Shown: positions 1-12,884 of the stretch, one piece after another
How positions within the stretch are numbered: position 1 is the stretch's first letter
Layout of the letters: every line of letters begins with the position of its first letter
Origin: Rhizodiscina lignyota
Taxonomy: Eukaryota
Direction of reading: 5' to 3'
Length of the DNA stretch: 64,000 nucleotides
Assembly: GCA_010015805.1 (NCBI GenBank)
Contig: ML978127.1
Span: 1,364,001 to 1,428,000 of the forward strand
The notes under the pieces: model-generated
Databases searched by the model: none
What the model was told of the DNA's origin: nothing
The model's input: the letters and a program-made list of their open reading frames with translations, nothing else
Translations under genes and position numbers: made by a program

Positions 1-1253
1 CTGGCTCCTTGTAGAAGATGAGGACCTCAGGAACGGCTGCCTCGATTTCCTGTACCAGTTTACCGCCGTCACAGAAAACGTCGAATTGATGACTCAGACA
101 CTCAATTTGGAAGCACTTGTGGAACAGCTGGTGCGATTGCTAATGTTCAATGCTAATCCTAGAGTTGAGTATGAGAGACAACAGTCGCAAACCAAAAGAA
201 TAAAAGCACCAGCTGGCCCGCCAAAGCTGTCCACCAATATCATCGACGATATCCTGAAGATTCCGGATAACCGGGAGCTCAGCTCGAACTGGTCAGTGCC
301 CCAGCCTTATTGATTCATGTTACAGATGACTCACAATCCACAGGCTACGTACATGCTACGAAGAAGACAAGGAGGAACAAGTGACCCAGATCGCCATATG
401 GCAGGCCTATAACGACACTTTCAATCCCCAGAAGACTCGCCGCGAAATGATGCAAGCCAAAGACTTCATCCAGAACGTCTCAGCTACCTTTGTTGGCGCG
501 AGCGCGCATATCGATCAAGACCCGAATGGCCAGAACAAATACGTCATCAGGGGTCTGAAACCACGCGTTGTCCCAGTGGACCCGAGGACGAAGACTCCAT
601 ATTTCAAGTGCAACTGGGTGGTGCCTGGAGATGGGGATAAGGAGACGGAATGCGGGGAGTACTATTCAAAACCGAAGGATCTATGGCAGCACGTCATCAC
701 ATCGCACCTGGAAATCCAACAGGACGGGCGTGGTGGACCGAAGTTCGCTCCGGAGGGCGCGCCGAAGTACATATGCCGTTGGGGTGGGTGCGGAAAGTTC
801 GCAGCAAAAGGTGGAACGACGAGTCCGTGGCTTATAAGCAAACATGTGCAAACACATATGCCGGATACGAGCTCGAAGGCAGGCCTGCGACAGAAGGCAC
901 ACCGCAATGGAGAAGAAGAGGCCAGTCCTCCTAGAGTGGGTGCCACACGCTTCTGGCTGAACACGCAGGATGACGACGGCGGGAATGCTGCTGGCCTGCC
1001 ACTTGCTAGCGTACTGGTGCTGAGGAATCTGGCGAGGCAGCTTGCGAAGGTCGACGCGCACTCTGAAGCTGGTGTTGCGCAGGAAATGCGCATGACGATG
1101 GGAGGAGGTGGCGGACAAGTTGAGAAGGATGGGCTGGTGGCAAAGGTATTTGCGCCAGTGAAGGAGCAGCTCTACTTCGTCATGGCTTATAATAAGTCCC
1201 TGAGGGAGTATATCGCCAGTTTGACGACTGCGATAGCGGCAGGAGACGGTTGA
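1..1253 (+). CDS. RSC9: RSC chromatin-remodelling complex subunit Rsc9 (ARID2-like), 3' part only
   Basis: Removing intron 292..343 (GTCAGT..CAG) gives W-LRTCYEED..VTQIAIWQAY..KDFIQNVSATF..KYVIRGL (RFX-like winged helix). This is followed by a C/H zinc-finger-like region and the C-terminal AAGLPLASVLVLRNLAR motif. The gene starts before the window. Confidence 0.8.
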
Positions 1254-1845
1254 TGAGGCACTAATGGACGGGATGGGAATGCATGCAGCGAGGAGTCTGG
1301 CGTCCGGAAAATGCATTTGACAGTTTTTATCATGGCTTAATCTGTCCTTCCTTGCTGAGATTAGCATGGCTCTTGCCTATCGGCGCTGCTTTGATGTACC
1401 ATTAGAATTTTATCGACACTGAATTCAAGTTAAATTAGATTTGCATACCAAAGCGAAGGCCGTTATTCGTCTGCGTTATCTAAAAGTCTCGATGTCCCTC
1501 TTTTTCCTCTCGAGCATCAATCCAATTCGGTCAAAAATCTTAAAATGTACTTCTCACATACCTATTGAGCGTGAATCGACGAAAGTTAGAAGCGTCAAAC
1601 GCGAAATCTGGCGTGTTTGCACAGCATCAATGTAAGTACCTACAGGGTCCACTCACATGCTGTACGCGGACTTGGAGATTCTTCACTACTTGTGAATCAA
1701 GCTAAGTTTTCAGACGGCATTAAATCCATAATTGCTACCACGTCCCAGATCCGGATTCTGAATTTCCTTTCCTCGCCTCCTCGTCGAGCATCAGTTTGCT
1801 GATATCAGAAGCGTTGAGGCGCAATTCCCAAGTGGTTGTGAAGCA

Positions 1846-2575
1846 TCAATTCGCTCGGGTCAGAAGTATTAACACTGATTTTATGTGTCGATCGAGCATC
1901 GGTATGATTATATCAGAAGAGTCAGAGCCCCTTTCCCGCAAATTCGCGCCAGCACTACACATTTCTGCGCAAAGAGATAGGACTTCACGCGACGCAAGGC
2001 AAGATGGCCGAAATAAAGCATTAAACGTCAAACATGTTAATCCTATCGTGCCATCCTAGCTAACCTGTCGCAATTCATGGCTGTGTTGCTATGCCATGCT
2101 AAATTCTATCCCGACGAGCCAATTGTGCCGCTAGGGTTCTGCTCCGCTTATGGTTCTGCGCTGCAATTTTGCATCTCCAGCCATAACTATCATCCCTCAG
2201 TCGTCGCCCCTCAATCATCCTTACTTGCGACTTCCAGTCTAGCGAGGCGTTCTTGAAGGTGCACTCGCGGCAGATAAACTCCAAAGTCGGCTTGATCTAG
2301 CAAGACTCGTCCTCCGGATCCATGAAGCAGTGGAACATGAAGTTTTGATGGTAGTACGACATGTATTGCTTGTAGGAGCTTTTGTACAGGAAGCGGAGCA
2401 TGATCTCGACATCAACTTCAAAATTGTCAGCGGAAAGGTCGATATTGCTCGTGAATGCTTCTTTTAACCCACCCTCAACAGCACTGCGAAAGAACTTCGA
2501 GCGAGGGCTGACTACGGCCTTGTGAACTTTGAAGGTTTTGTCTCTATAATGGATAGTCAGATCAGATATCATTTC
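1846..2575 (-). pseudogene. BTB/POZ-domain protein, apparently disrupted
   Basis: SDLTIHYRDKTFKVHKAVVSPRSKFFRSAVEGGLKEA..IDLS..MLRFLY is a BTB signature. An in-frame TAG at 2297-2299 separates two same-frame ORFs, with further stops or frame changes downstream. The 3' boundary is approximate. Confidence 0.6.
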
Positions 2576-3476
2576 ATGGCCACAAGGTCCTGCTTCGCTA
2601 AGCGAATATACGGACTGCTACTAGAGGCGGAGGCGATTGAGATATAAAGTAAGAGTCGGGGGTTCGGGTTCGGATCTGTTTTTAGAGTGACTCGTGAGTT
2701 CAGTTGGTAGGTTCGAGAGACGTGGGTGAGAGAATGTGGAATTGACTTGGGATGAAATCCGCAGTCTACACCTTGTCTACAATGACATGTTTATTGACTG
2801 CATAAAGCATGGGCGGCTCAGCATGGGTGCAGGCAAGACATTTATCCGTTTGGTGAGGAAGACCGTCGCAACTTTTTTCCATCTCTTTGACGGTGGACGA
2901 CATCTTTGGAGACTGACTCTGGCGATACGTATGTACGCTGGAGATTTTACAGTTAAAGAAATTGAGGAGGCCTTGATGGAGCTTAAGGGGTTGAAACGCG
3001 CTGCCCTATCACCATCACAGGCTGGATTGTAATGAATGATGATCTGAAACAGGTGGAAGTAGATGATGAGCGTAAAGAGCGGATTTTGGACGCAATAAAG
3101 GGATCGTAGGAGGTTGATGATTCTCTGAAAAGCTCCTTGAGGTTCTCGGAGCTATGTACGGATGGTGGAAAGGAGAGAACCCCCTTGCGATTCTTCTGGG
3201 GTGCTACGAACGACGGTACATGGACATAGCCTTTGAGAATTCGCAGAGCATGCTTATCATGGAAATACATACGTGATAGAGGGTCCACTACTCTTGAGGT
3301 AGAAATTGGGAGGAGATGTCAATTATCAAAGCTGAACCGAAGAAAGCTGAGCCCGATTGCAGCCCACGGCAAGTGCCGTCTGTGAGACCCGGCAGTGACG
3401 CGCTCCTGCGTGGCACCCAAATTTTTATTTAGAGCCGCAAGGGCTCGAGACAAAGCGCCGTCAACAAACAACCACC

Positions 3477-6400
3477 ATGGACGAACAGGAATTTTTGCAG
3501 CTCTTGGAGAGCTTGCTTACTCGTACGAGCCTCTTTAAGACTCCAACTGCCATGTATCCACTAACGAGCCCCCTTTAGCACAAACCGAGCGCGTCAAGGC
3601 TGCAACGGCGGCACTGAACAAAAAATACTATACCTCACCGTCTTCTCTCACCGCTCTCATCCACATCCTCACCTCACATCAATCACCTGCTCTGCGACAG
3701 CTTGCTGCTGTAGAAGCGCGTAAATTAGTCTCGAAGCACTGGTCCTCGATTCCCGCAGATCAGAAACCGACGATACGCAACAGCCTCCTGCAGACGTCGC
3801 TCAACGAAGAGAATACGCTCGCCAGGCACTCGACTGCGCGCGTCATTGCGGCAATCGCAAAAATAGACCTCGAAGATGGAGAGTGGACAGATCTGCCGAA
3901 TACACTGCAACAAGCGGCGGCGAGTGAGACGCCTCGTCACCGGGAGGTTGCTGTGTACATCATATACACCTTATTGGATACGCTGGGAGACTTCTTCATG
4001 GAGAACTTGAGCAATCTGTTTGCATTGTTCTCTAAGACAATTCAAGACCCAGACAGCATCGAGGTTCGAGCAAACACCATGCTCGCGCTTAGTCGAGTTG
4101 CCATGCTCCTGGATCCAGAAGAAGATCCAGACTCGACGAAGTACTTCCAAGATTCCATCCCCAACATGGTTGCCGTTCTCAAGAATGCGATAGATTCTGA
4201 GGACGAGGATCACGCCATGCAATGCTTCGAAGTCTTCCAAACCTTGCTTGGCTGTGAATCTGTGCTGTTGCAGAAACACTTCGGCAATCTCGTCAAATTT
4301 ATGCTGGAGCTCGCTATTCAAACTTCAATTGACGACAGCTACCGGACACAAGCTCTCGCATTCTTACATCAATGTGTAAAGTACCGAAGGCTCAAGGTGC
4401 AAAGTCTAAAGATTGGTGAAGAAATGACCGTGAAGGCGCTGCAGATTGTCAGCGAGCTTGACGCCGATGATGACCCTGATGATGAAGACGCCACGCCTGC
4501 TAGGTCTGCTCTTGGTCTACTTGATTCCCTCGCATCTAGTCTCCCGCCAAATCAAGTTCTTGTGCCGTTGCTGCATGCTATCGGACCTTACGTCAGGAAT
4601 CCAAATGCCCAGTTCCGGCAAGCAGGTATGCTGGCTCTCGGGATGTGCGTGGAAGGGGCGCCAGATTTTGTTGCGACACAGCTTAAAGAGATCTTGCCGA
4701 TGGTTCTCCATCTCCTTGAGGACCCGGAAGTTAGAGTTCGCGCCGCGACGCTCAGTTGCATCGCTAGGCTGGCGGATGACTTGGCGGAGGAGATGGGCAA
4801 GGAACACCAAAAATTAATTCCTGCGCTGGTCCAGAATCTCGACACGGCTGCGCGCGGCCTACAAACCCCTCAAGCCGAGCAAAATCTGAATGTTATCAAG
4901 AACAACTGTATCGCCGTCGAAGCGCTCATTGAGGGTCTCACGGTTGAGGATGCTGCAAGATATGTCCCGGAACTTGTACCCAGAATCAGCAGGTTGGTTG
5001 AACAGGATGATTTGAAGACGAAGATGGCTGCGGTAGGCGCTCTCGGCTCCGTTGCGTCTGCATCGGAGAAGGCGTTTGCGCCATACTTCCAGGAGACTAT
5101 GCAAGAGCTCGGCAAGTATGTCGAGTTGAAGGAGTCCCAAGACGACTTGGAATTGCGTGGTGCTGTCTGTGATTCAATTGGCAAGATTGCTCAGGCAGTC
5201 GGTGCAGAAGCATTCAAGCAGTTCGTGGGGCCGTTGATGCAGGCGTCAGAAGAAGCATTGCATCTGGATCATCCAAGACTACGCGAGACAACCTACATTA
5301 TCTGGAGTACCATGGCCAAAGTCTATGAGGAGGATTTTGAGCCGTGGCTACAAGGTGTAGTGAAAGGCCTCCATGATTGCTTGCAGCAAGATGAGAAGGA
5401 GCTTGACATTGCGCTTGGTGAAGAGGCAAAGGACCTCATCGGACAAGAAGTTACGATTGCGGGTCGAAAGCTGAAAGTTACAGCCGCAACGGACGACGAT
5501 GAAGATGAAACCATCGAAGTAGACGACGAAGACGAAGACGAAGACTGGGACGACATCGACGGCGTTACGGCTGTGGCGATGGAGAAGGAGATTTCTCTCG
5601 AAGTCATCGGTGACGTGCTCACACACACCCGGCGGAAATATCTCCCTTACTTCCAAAAAACCGTTGAGATTGTGCTTCAGCTGGTTGAGCATTCATATGA
5701 AGGCGTCCGCAAGGCTGCGCTGGGTACTCTGTGGAGAGCCTATGCATGCCTCTGGGGCCTTGCGGAGGGCGATGGAATGGCTCATTGGCAACCTGGACTA
5801 CCGTTGAAGGTGCAACCGACTGAGGATCTGACCAAGCTGGGTGAGATGGTCATGACTGCGACATTGGCTACTTGGCAAGACGAGATCGATCGGTAAGGGT
5901 ACCCTTTTCCATTCTATTCACCTGCGTGGACTAATTTTAGGATGACACAATTTTCGTTATACCCAGCTCACTCTGACGCACAAAGTGCGGTTGACGTGAA
6001 CGCGAATCTACTTCTGATCTATATTCTACTTCTCTATTTTCTTTTTGACAGCTTTGAGACACATGAGGCCTTACTTCTCAAACTAGGGGCACCGTGACCG
6101 ACATCAACCGCGATCTCGCCGCAACTCTGAAACTCTGTGGCCCTGCCGTCCTTATTGGCAAGTCCGGAACTGTAGTCCCTCAAATCACGAACCAGCTGCT
6201 TGCCATCATCACGAAGCGCCATGTCTGCCAACAAGATCTTGGCGACGACGGTGTCGATGATGATCTCCCAGAGGAGTCTTCAGAGTACGACTGGCTCGTC
6301 ATCGAGACGGCATGCGACGCGCTTGTTTCACTTTCCGCCGCGCTAGGTCCTGACTTTGGCGAGCTATGGAAGGCATTCGAGAAGCCAGTGCTCAAGTATG

Positions 6401-7034
6401 CCAGCGGTGGCGACGCCCTCGAGCGCAACACCGCTGTCGGCACTATTGCAGACTGCATCGGCAACATGGAGTCTGCCGTGACGCCTTACACCTCAACGCT
6501 TATGAAGCTGCTACTGCATCGTCTCGGAGACGAAGATTCGGACACCAAGGCGAACGCAGCTTATGGCGTTGGTTTGCTGTGCGAGAAATCCAATGATGCG
6601 GAGGTACTGAAGAATTACGTCGCGATCCTGGGCAAGTTGGAGCCGATGCTGCATGATCAGCAGAACCCGCGCGTTCTAGATAACGCGGCCGGCTGTGTGG
6701 CGAGGATGATTTCGAAGCATCCGGATAAGACGCCGCTGCAGGAGGTGCTGCCGAAGTTGGTGGAGTTGTTGCCGTTGAGGGAAGACTATGAGGAGAACGC
6801 GCCTGTGTACGGCATGATTGTCAAGCTTTGTGAGTTCCCTTCGCATGCTTTACGCAGGGCCCTGTGTAACTGATTTACCAAACAGATCAATCTGGCGATG
6901 ACACCATGCGGCAATTAACACCGTTGCTGAAACCGGTGCTTGAAAAAGTATTGGGACCACCGGAGGAGCAATTGGAAGAGGAGACGAGAAGCCAGCTGTT
7001 GCAGCTGGTGAAGTATTTGCAGGAGCAGGGTTAG
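3477..7034 (+). CDS. KAP123: Importin beta-4 (karyopherin Kap123), HEAT-repeat nuclear import receptor
   Basis: Exons 3477-3522, 3579-5892, 6087-6829 and 6886-7034 join in frame at canonical GT-AG sites. The protein has HEAT repeats, an acidic loop, DNAAGCVARMI and LPLREDYEEN. Confidence 0.9.
5936..6020 (+). ncRNA. Intronic box C/D snoRNA guiding 25S rRNA 2'-O-methylation at the yeast Am2946-equivalent site (snR71/U29-like)
   Basis: Lies within KAP123 intron 5893-6086. Box C-like AGGATGA 5939-5945; guide ACCCAGCTCAC 5961-5971, complementary to conserved LSU GUGAGCUGGGU; box D' CTGA 5973-5976; small hairpin CGCAC-AAA-GTGCG; box D CTGA 6014-6017. Confidence 0.8.
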
Positions 7035-7551
7035 TGATGACAGGTTATGGCGCTATGACACAAGGAATGGCCATCGCAATGCGAGCGAATGATTGATGAC
7101 GGGTTATGAAATGCATTATGATGGGTGAAGACGCGACGTTGATACCAGATTATAGAGTGCGGTGACAAGGCTAAATAGAAGATTATGGCGAAGTGTATTG
7201 TGCACGTTACGGCGCGTCCTGAAAAGCTGGTTATGCTTGAATAGGTCCAGTGCAAATACAATGTCGAAGGGTGCGATGAGCCACATTTCGAAGGGCTTAG
7301 ATCATGATTCAGAGAATATATTGTGGCCCGGCAATGAAGGGATGCAGATTGAAGCGAGTGGTGAAATCGAGGTCGAGATGAGGACTCTGGGCTCTCACCG
7401 CCTGGCAGAACAAATTGGCCAATCACATGCGTTCCTCGTTCCCGAAAAGCGCATAGATATCGTGACGCCGAAAGAAGGCTTGTCGTACAGTTTTTCTAAG
7501 CAGCAAACATTCCCCTCTCTCCAACAACCCATCTTCGCTCTCTTACCCAAG

Positions 7552-8739
7552 ATGCGGCCAGATGGTGCTCGAGATCCCATCGTCGGGCCAGACAGCGGTC
7601 CGCTACCACCATTCCCTCTCAAGCTATCCGGCAAGGTGATCAAAGGCTTCGGCCGGGGGAGCAAGGAGGTATGCGCTTTCAATATTTCGCTCAATATTGC
7701 CATCAATGGAGAACTCCGAGCATTGGCTACCAAGAGCACTGTTTGCTTCGACATCACATGTCCACTTCGGTCTAATTTGAATGCGAATACTTCGCAAGCG
7801 AGCTTTTTCCTTGTATTCGTGCTGTCGCCATTTCGGCAATCTTTTCCACGTTCTGCATATCCCTTCGTCTGGCACGTTATTGAATGTACTACACCTCGTC
7901 CCTTCCCTTGGGCCTCCAGTCGTCTGTCAATGCCACGTTTTTCTGCACGCAACGTACCCCATGTGCCCACCACGTCCCTCTGCACCACCTCGCCTCGTGG
8001 CCCTTGTGAGCTACACTCGCGTGATCCTCTCCTCCACTCCTTGTCATGCTAATCGCTTCCCTCCACGTGCTGTTATAATACGAGGTCATTGCTGACGAAC
8101 GTGCCACGAACCAATAGCTCGGCATACCGACGGCCAACATCCCTATCGAAGGGTTGAATGTCGGTGGTAACGAGAACCTCGATAGCGGCATCTACTTCGG
8201 CTGGGCGGGCCTAGATTTCCACTCTCATGGCTCAGACGCGAAGCAGCACCCTGGCCTGATGACGAAGCTAAAAGAGGCGACGGCAACCGTTGCCGGATGG
8301 GTGGGCGAGATGATCGCGGGTGATGAGGCTGACGATGCTGAAGAAGGATGGGATGGAAAGGGCCGGGTGCATCCGATGGTGATGAGCGTGGGTTGGAATC
8401 CGTACTATAAGAATGAGGTCCGGAGCGTGGTATGTCTGTACAGTGTCCGCGCGTGCAGGAGAGTGGGAAGACTAATTACCGAAACAGGAAGTTCACATCA
8501 TGCACAATTTCACGCACGACTTTTACGGTTCGCACTTGAACCTCATCATGCTGGGTTTCATCAGACCAGAGTATGATTACGTGTCGAAGGAGAGTCTCAT
8601 TGAAGACATCAAGACGGACATCGAAGTTGCCGGCAAAAGTCTCGCCCGCCCCGCGTGGGCGAAGTACCGCAAAGACAAATGCTTACTTGATTTCCCAGAA
8701 GCGCAAGAAAAAGATGTCAAGGCAGACGGCAAGGCGTAG
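7552..8739 (+). CDS. FMN1: Riboflavin kinase
   Basis: Exons 7552-7668, 8118-8429 and 8488-8739. Motifs [43 protein letters not shown] and GFIRPE. Confidence 0.95.
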
Positions 8740-9166
8740 AAGCACTGTAGCGATGCGTTGATGATACGACTTTAGAATTCATGATAGACCATGATGCTCT
8801 GATAGCACAACAAATACCAGAATAGACTCTGCGAAGCATTACCCGGACCGCGTAGTGTGTACGCTACCCTATATGCCTGACTCCGTCCCGATGCGAAACT
8901 TTTACACCCAAGCCTTTCACGGAAAAAGCGGACTGTCGGTGTCCGTTGGGTAGCCACTAGACATAATGGACGTATCAACACATTCGCCGCGATAACAATA
9001 GCACATGTACACCAAGAGACAAAATGAAAAGCCAAGCCAAGCCTCCTTGTCTGGACAGAAGGTATGCAAACGACAGGTCTTTATCCAAGAACCGGAATGG
9101 AACGTATTCATGGGAAACCCCTGCAACAACATAACATTAGATAGATCAGAAGCGCAAAAATTCGAG

Positions 9167-11468
9167 TCACCGACGGTGTTTCTCCGTCAGAATGGGAAGG
9201 AACTAGGCGATGTCAGCGGCATTCTTACACAGTCATAAATGGATCTCGACTGACCAACAAGGTGAACATCATTGGTGCGTCGAACACATCTCTCTTGATG
9301 TTCCACGTCATCATAGAGTTGACAGTGCCCTCGTTCTTGCCGAGCGCCAACATTTCCTCCTCTCTCTTGATATGATCATGGTCGTGCTCCTTCTTGATAT
9401 GCTTCTTGACCGGACCTTCGGCGCCATTAGTGCCATCTGCACCACCGCCATTCGCGTCCTCGGCAGAGTCCATGTCCTTTGTGCGATACTTGATCAACTT
9501 GCACGGCCGGTATTCGCGACCGGCAGGATCAACGTACGCATGCCTTGCGCAATCTTCCCAGAACTGGACGACTGATTCGTGGTCCAATAGTTCTGCGATC
9601 AAGACTGGTCTCGGCTTTGCAGCCTTTGCGTTGGCACTGTCGCCGTCTAGCGTTGATAGACGCGGTGTGTTGACCGCCCCTCGTGTGCTGGCACCCGTGT
9701 GATTGCCCGTCGACGCACCCAAGTTGATGTTGAGGTTTGGCGCCTTGCCGAGGAGCACGTCTCTCGGCCAGCCAGTCATGTAGCAGAACTCCTTTGTGAT
9801 GTATGCCACCTCGCCCGTACGGCGAAGGATGATTGCTGGCGTACCGGTTAGCGGGAGGATGTCGTGTTCCATTTCGCACAACGCGCGCTGGAAACCCTGC
9901 TCTGCGAAAATGAGATCGCGCTCGGACATCGCTCCATACGTATTGATGAGTGTCGGTCGATATGTAGCCAAAGCCTTTGCGATACGTAGTTTCTTGTCAG
10001 GCGAGTAGTACTTGGTCAAGAAGGCTTGGAGGCTGTGGAAGCCTTCCGTGTAACTGTATGGAGCCTTGACACCATCATAGATGGCATCGTAGTCACGCTT
10101 GCGCTTCTTCTGGGCGGCTGCGTGGATATGAAGTGCTTGGAGGGGAAGGTTTCCACGCTTCATGGCATCGTTCTGTGACTGCGGATGTGGAACTTGATAT
10201 TGTGATGATTGCCGTTGCTTCTGCTGCTTGAAGTTGTAGTATGGGCGTGTCTCGCTTGCATAAAGTGCTGGAGATGCTGGGGCATTGTCGTATGAAGGCC
10301 CGTATTCTTGGTTGGTCGAAGCCGGGCTGGCACTAGCAATACTGCCTGGACCAGCTCCAATAGCATATGCATTGCTGCTGACTGAATCGGTCCGACCAGG
10401 GCCATCATTAACAGGGTTGAACTGGCTGCTCATGCTGTTATGGCGTTGCCATTCGGAGCTGATCATCGGATCCTGATTGAACATGATGCCACCGTTAGAA
10501 CCATCAGCAAATGTTGAAGCGCTGTTGATCGGGCCACCGTAGTTAGCAGGCATTTGCATAGCCCCTACTAGGTGATTCTCGTTCGTAGGTGAGTCTGCAG
10601 CTCCGCCAGCAATGTGCCCAAGCATACCAAATTCCATGGCGCCGAATTGGTTGCCAAAATTAAAGCCAGAGATGTCAAAGTTGAACAAAGCAGGATCAGC
10701 CGGGTCAAAAGCAAATTGCTGAGCCAACTGCGACATTCCGGGTTGTGAAGAAGTCGGAATTGGGGCCATGCCTTGGGCCGATGGGGATTGCTGACTGGCA
10801 ATCGATTGGAATGACGGCGAAGTTGGTGACTGTTGGTTTGTGAAGGAACCATTTGAAGATAACGGAGGTGGGGGCATCGGAGTCTGATTCGATGTGCCAA
10901 ACATCTCAAAGTTGGAAGTTGGCTGAGCTGCTGTTGGATAATAGTTTGTCGATTGGGGAACGGTGACAGTGGCTGCGTTATGATTGTAAGTATTTCCATT
11001 GGAGCTTGTAAAAGGACCGCCAACTCCGGGCATAAGGTTTTCTGCAGCGACATCTTGAAGGTACTTCGCCTTCTTCCTTACGCCGTCTTGACATGAGGCC
11101 TCGATGCCTCGCTTGATGCAACGGTTGCAAGGCCGCTCATCGCCTGGAGCACGTTAGAGAGTCGGCCTTGACACTACAGCATATGAAGGATGAAACGAAA
11201 GTCGAAAGAAAAAAGAAAGAAACAGCGGCATACCGCAAGTCAGATGGGCTCTTTGGCAAGCGGCACAAGCTCTGCGAGCCTTCTTCCTCCTGGGTCTCTG
11301 GGGATCTTTGGCACTGGAGCTCTTGGTCTGACCATTGCCATTTGCATGTGCATTCGATGGCTCGCTTGAGCCTCGACCGTCATTGCTCTGTTCCATAGCC
11401 ATGTCGTCGTCCTCCTCTTCACCGTGAGATGACGGTGAAGGGGACACATCTTCGGCGTCTGGGATCAT
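9167..11468 (-). CDS. ERT1: Zn(II)2Cys6 transcription activator of gluconeogenesis with C-terminal PAS-like domain (ERT1/AcuK)
   Basis: Exons 11468-11234, 11143-9255 and 9202-9167. Motifs [67 protein letters not shown] and C-terminal FLPIL. Confidence 0.9.
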
Positions 11469-12884
11469 AGTCTAATATGTCTTGCGTGTTGCTGAGGCTA
11501 GCTCCCCTCCCAAGGCCGAAAGTACGCCAGCGCCCCAGGAGCACGGATCGCTGATCCAGAGAGGGGGTTGTTCGTTCTTGGAGCCTCTGGTGAGGCACCC
11601 ACGTTCACTCCGCTGCACGTTACCGCCGAATCAATCTTCAGAAAGCGTCGAATCCAGCGCACTGGAAGCCGCCAATGTGGGCAGGGATCGCTGCTGGGGC
11701 AGTCTATCCACGCGAACAGTGATAAGCTACTGATCACGCGGCACTATCAATTGGCAGAGTGTGTTATGCTGTATCACACAGCTTCCAGGCCGCTGCCAAT
11801 AGCGCTGGCCAATCGCGTGAGTGGTGCGAATTTGCGCTCGCTTGCAATGGCAGGGCAAAGTATTGTTATTGCAGTCGCCAATGCGCAAATAGAGGGAGGC
11901 GAAGGTACGGCGACTTCGGATACGGAATGGAGCGTTGTCTTGCGGAAGTGCAATGGGGTCCATGCATTCGATGGTGCAGGTGAGGGTTGAGCGGCGCTGT
12001 ACCACGTCCAGGAGGGTTCATGATATGCATTCCATGCCGCCGGATGCAGTCGCTGGGGTCAAATCTGCTGGCAGGAGGGCGACCTCGTCGTCGGCGGTGC
12101 AAGGGAGCGGCTCGCAGGCGCGTGAGGCGAGGACGTAAGGACGCTCGTTCTGCCGGCGCAGTGGGCGATGGGAGAGCTGATGCTGCTGCGGACGAGCGGC
12201 GGACAGGACGCTGTATGACGGTCGGCGCTCGCAGCTGGCAAGACGCTCAGGGGCACTGCTGGAGATGCGACGAATTGGTGGTGGAGAGGCGGGCTACGCG
12301 GTCATGATGCGTCGGTTGTGAGCTTGGGCGGAGGGGTCTTCGAGGTGCAGTGCGGCGAGAGTGGAAGCCATGTGGGACCAGCCGAGGGCCCCAAACCGGA
12401 AATCTCCCACTCGACAACCCAAGGCCTCCGTCACCCACCACCCACCTTAGCCGCACGCGGGATCGCGCGCAAATCCGAGGCTGACCGCGCGCTGAATCCC
12501 GCCCTCTGCTCCGCGCCTTCGCTGAACACCCACAGCGACCTCAGGTCGTCACTTGGCCGTGACGCAGCCCCGGCGCCCTTCAGCGACCACGTTGACCCAA
12601 ACCGGCGTCCTCGCGCTTCCTCTGCGGCGGGTCGCCATGCTCATACATGCCGATGATATTGCCTGCGCCCTTGAATTGGAATCGCTTCCAATACTTTGGC
12701 TCTGGGCTCTTCATTCTTCTCAATGTCGCACACAGATCACTTAGTATGCTTCAGAACTTGTGTCACGTGGCGTGGATGCTGGGAATTCGACGCTTTTGCT
12801 GTCGTGCGACGCTCTGTCCTCTATTTATAGTCTCTGTCTACACGTATTCTCTCACCGCATCCTCCGTACCGTTCCCTAATGAGC

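Noticed and set aside
7162..8052. 296-aa ORF spanning FMN1 exon 1
   Set aside because: It is a composite of KAP123 3' flank, FMN1 exon 1 and intron read-through. The upstream part is acidic and not presequence-like, and the kinase motifs require splicing.
11480..12750. Many overlapping ORFs upstream of ERT1
   Set aside because: GC-rich promoter/5'UTR sequence with low stop density and no motifs.
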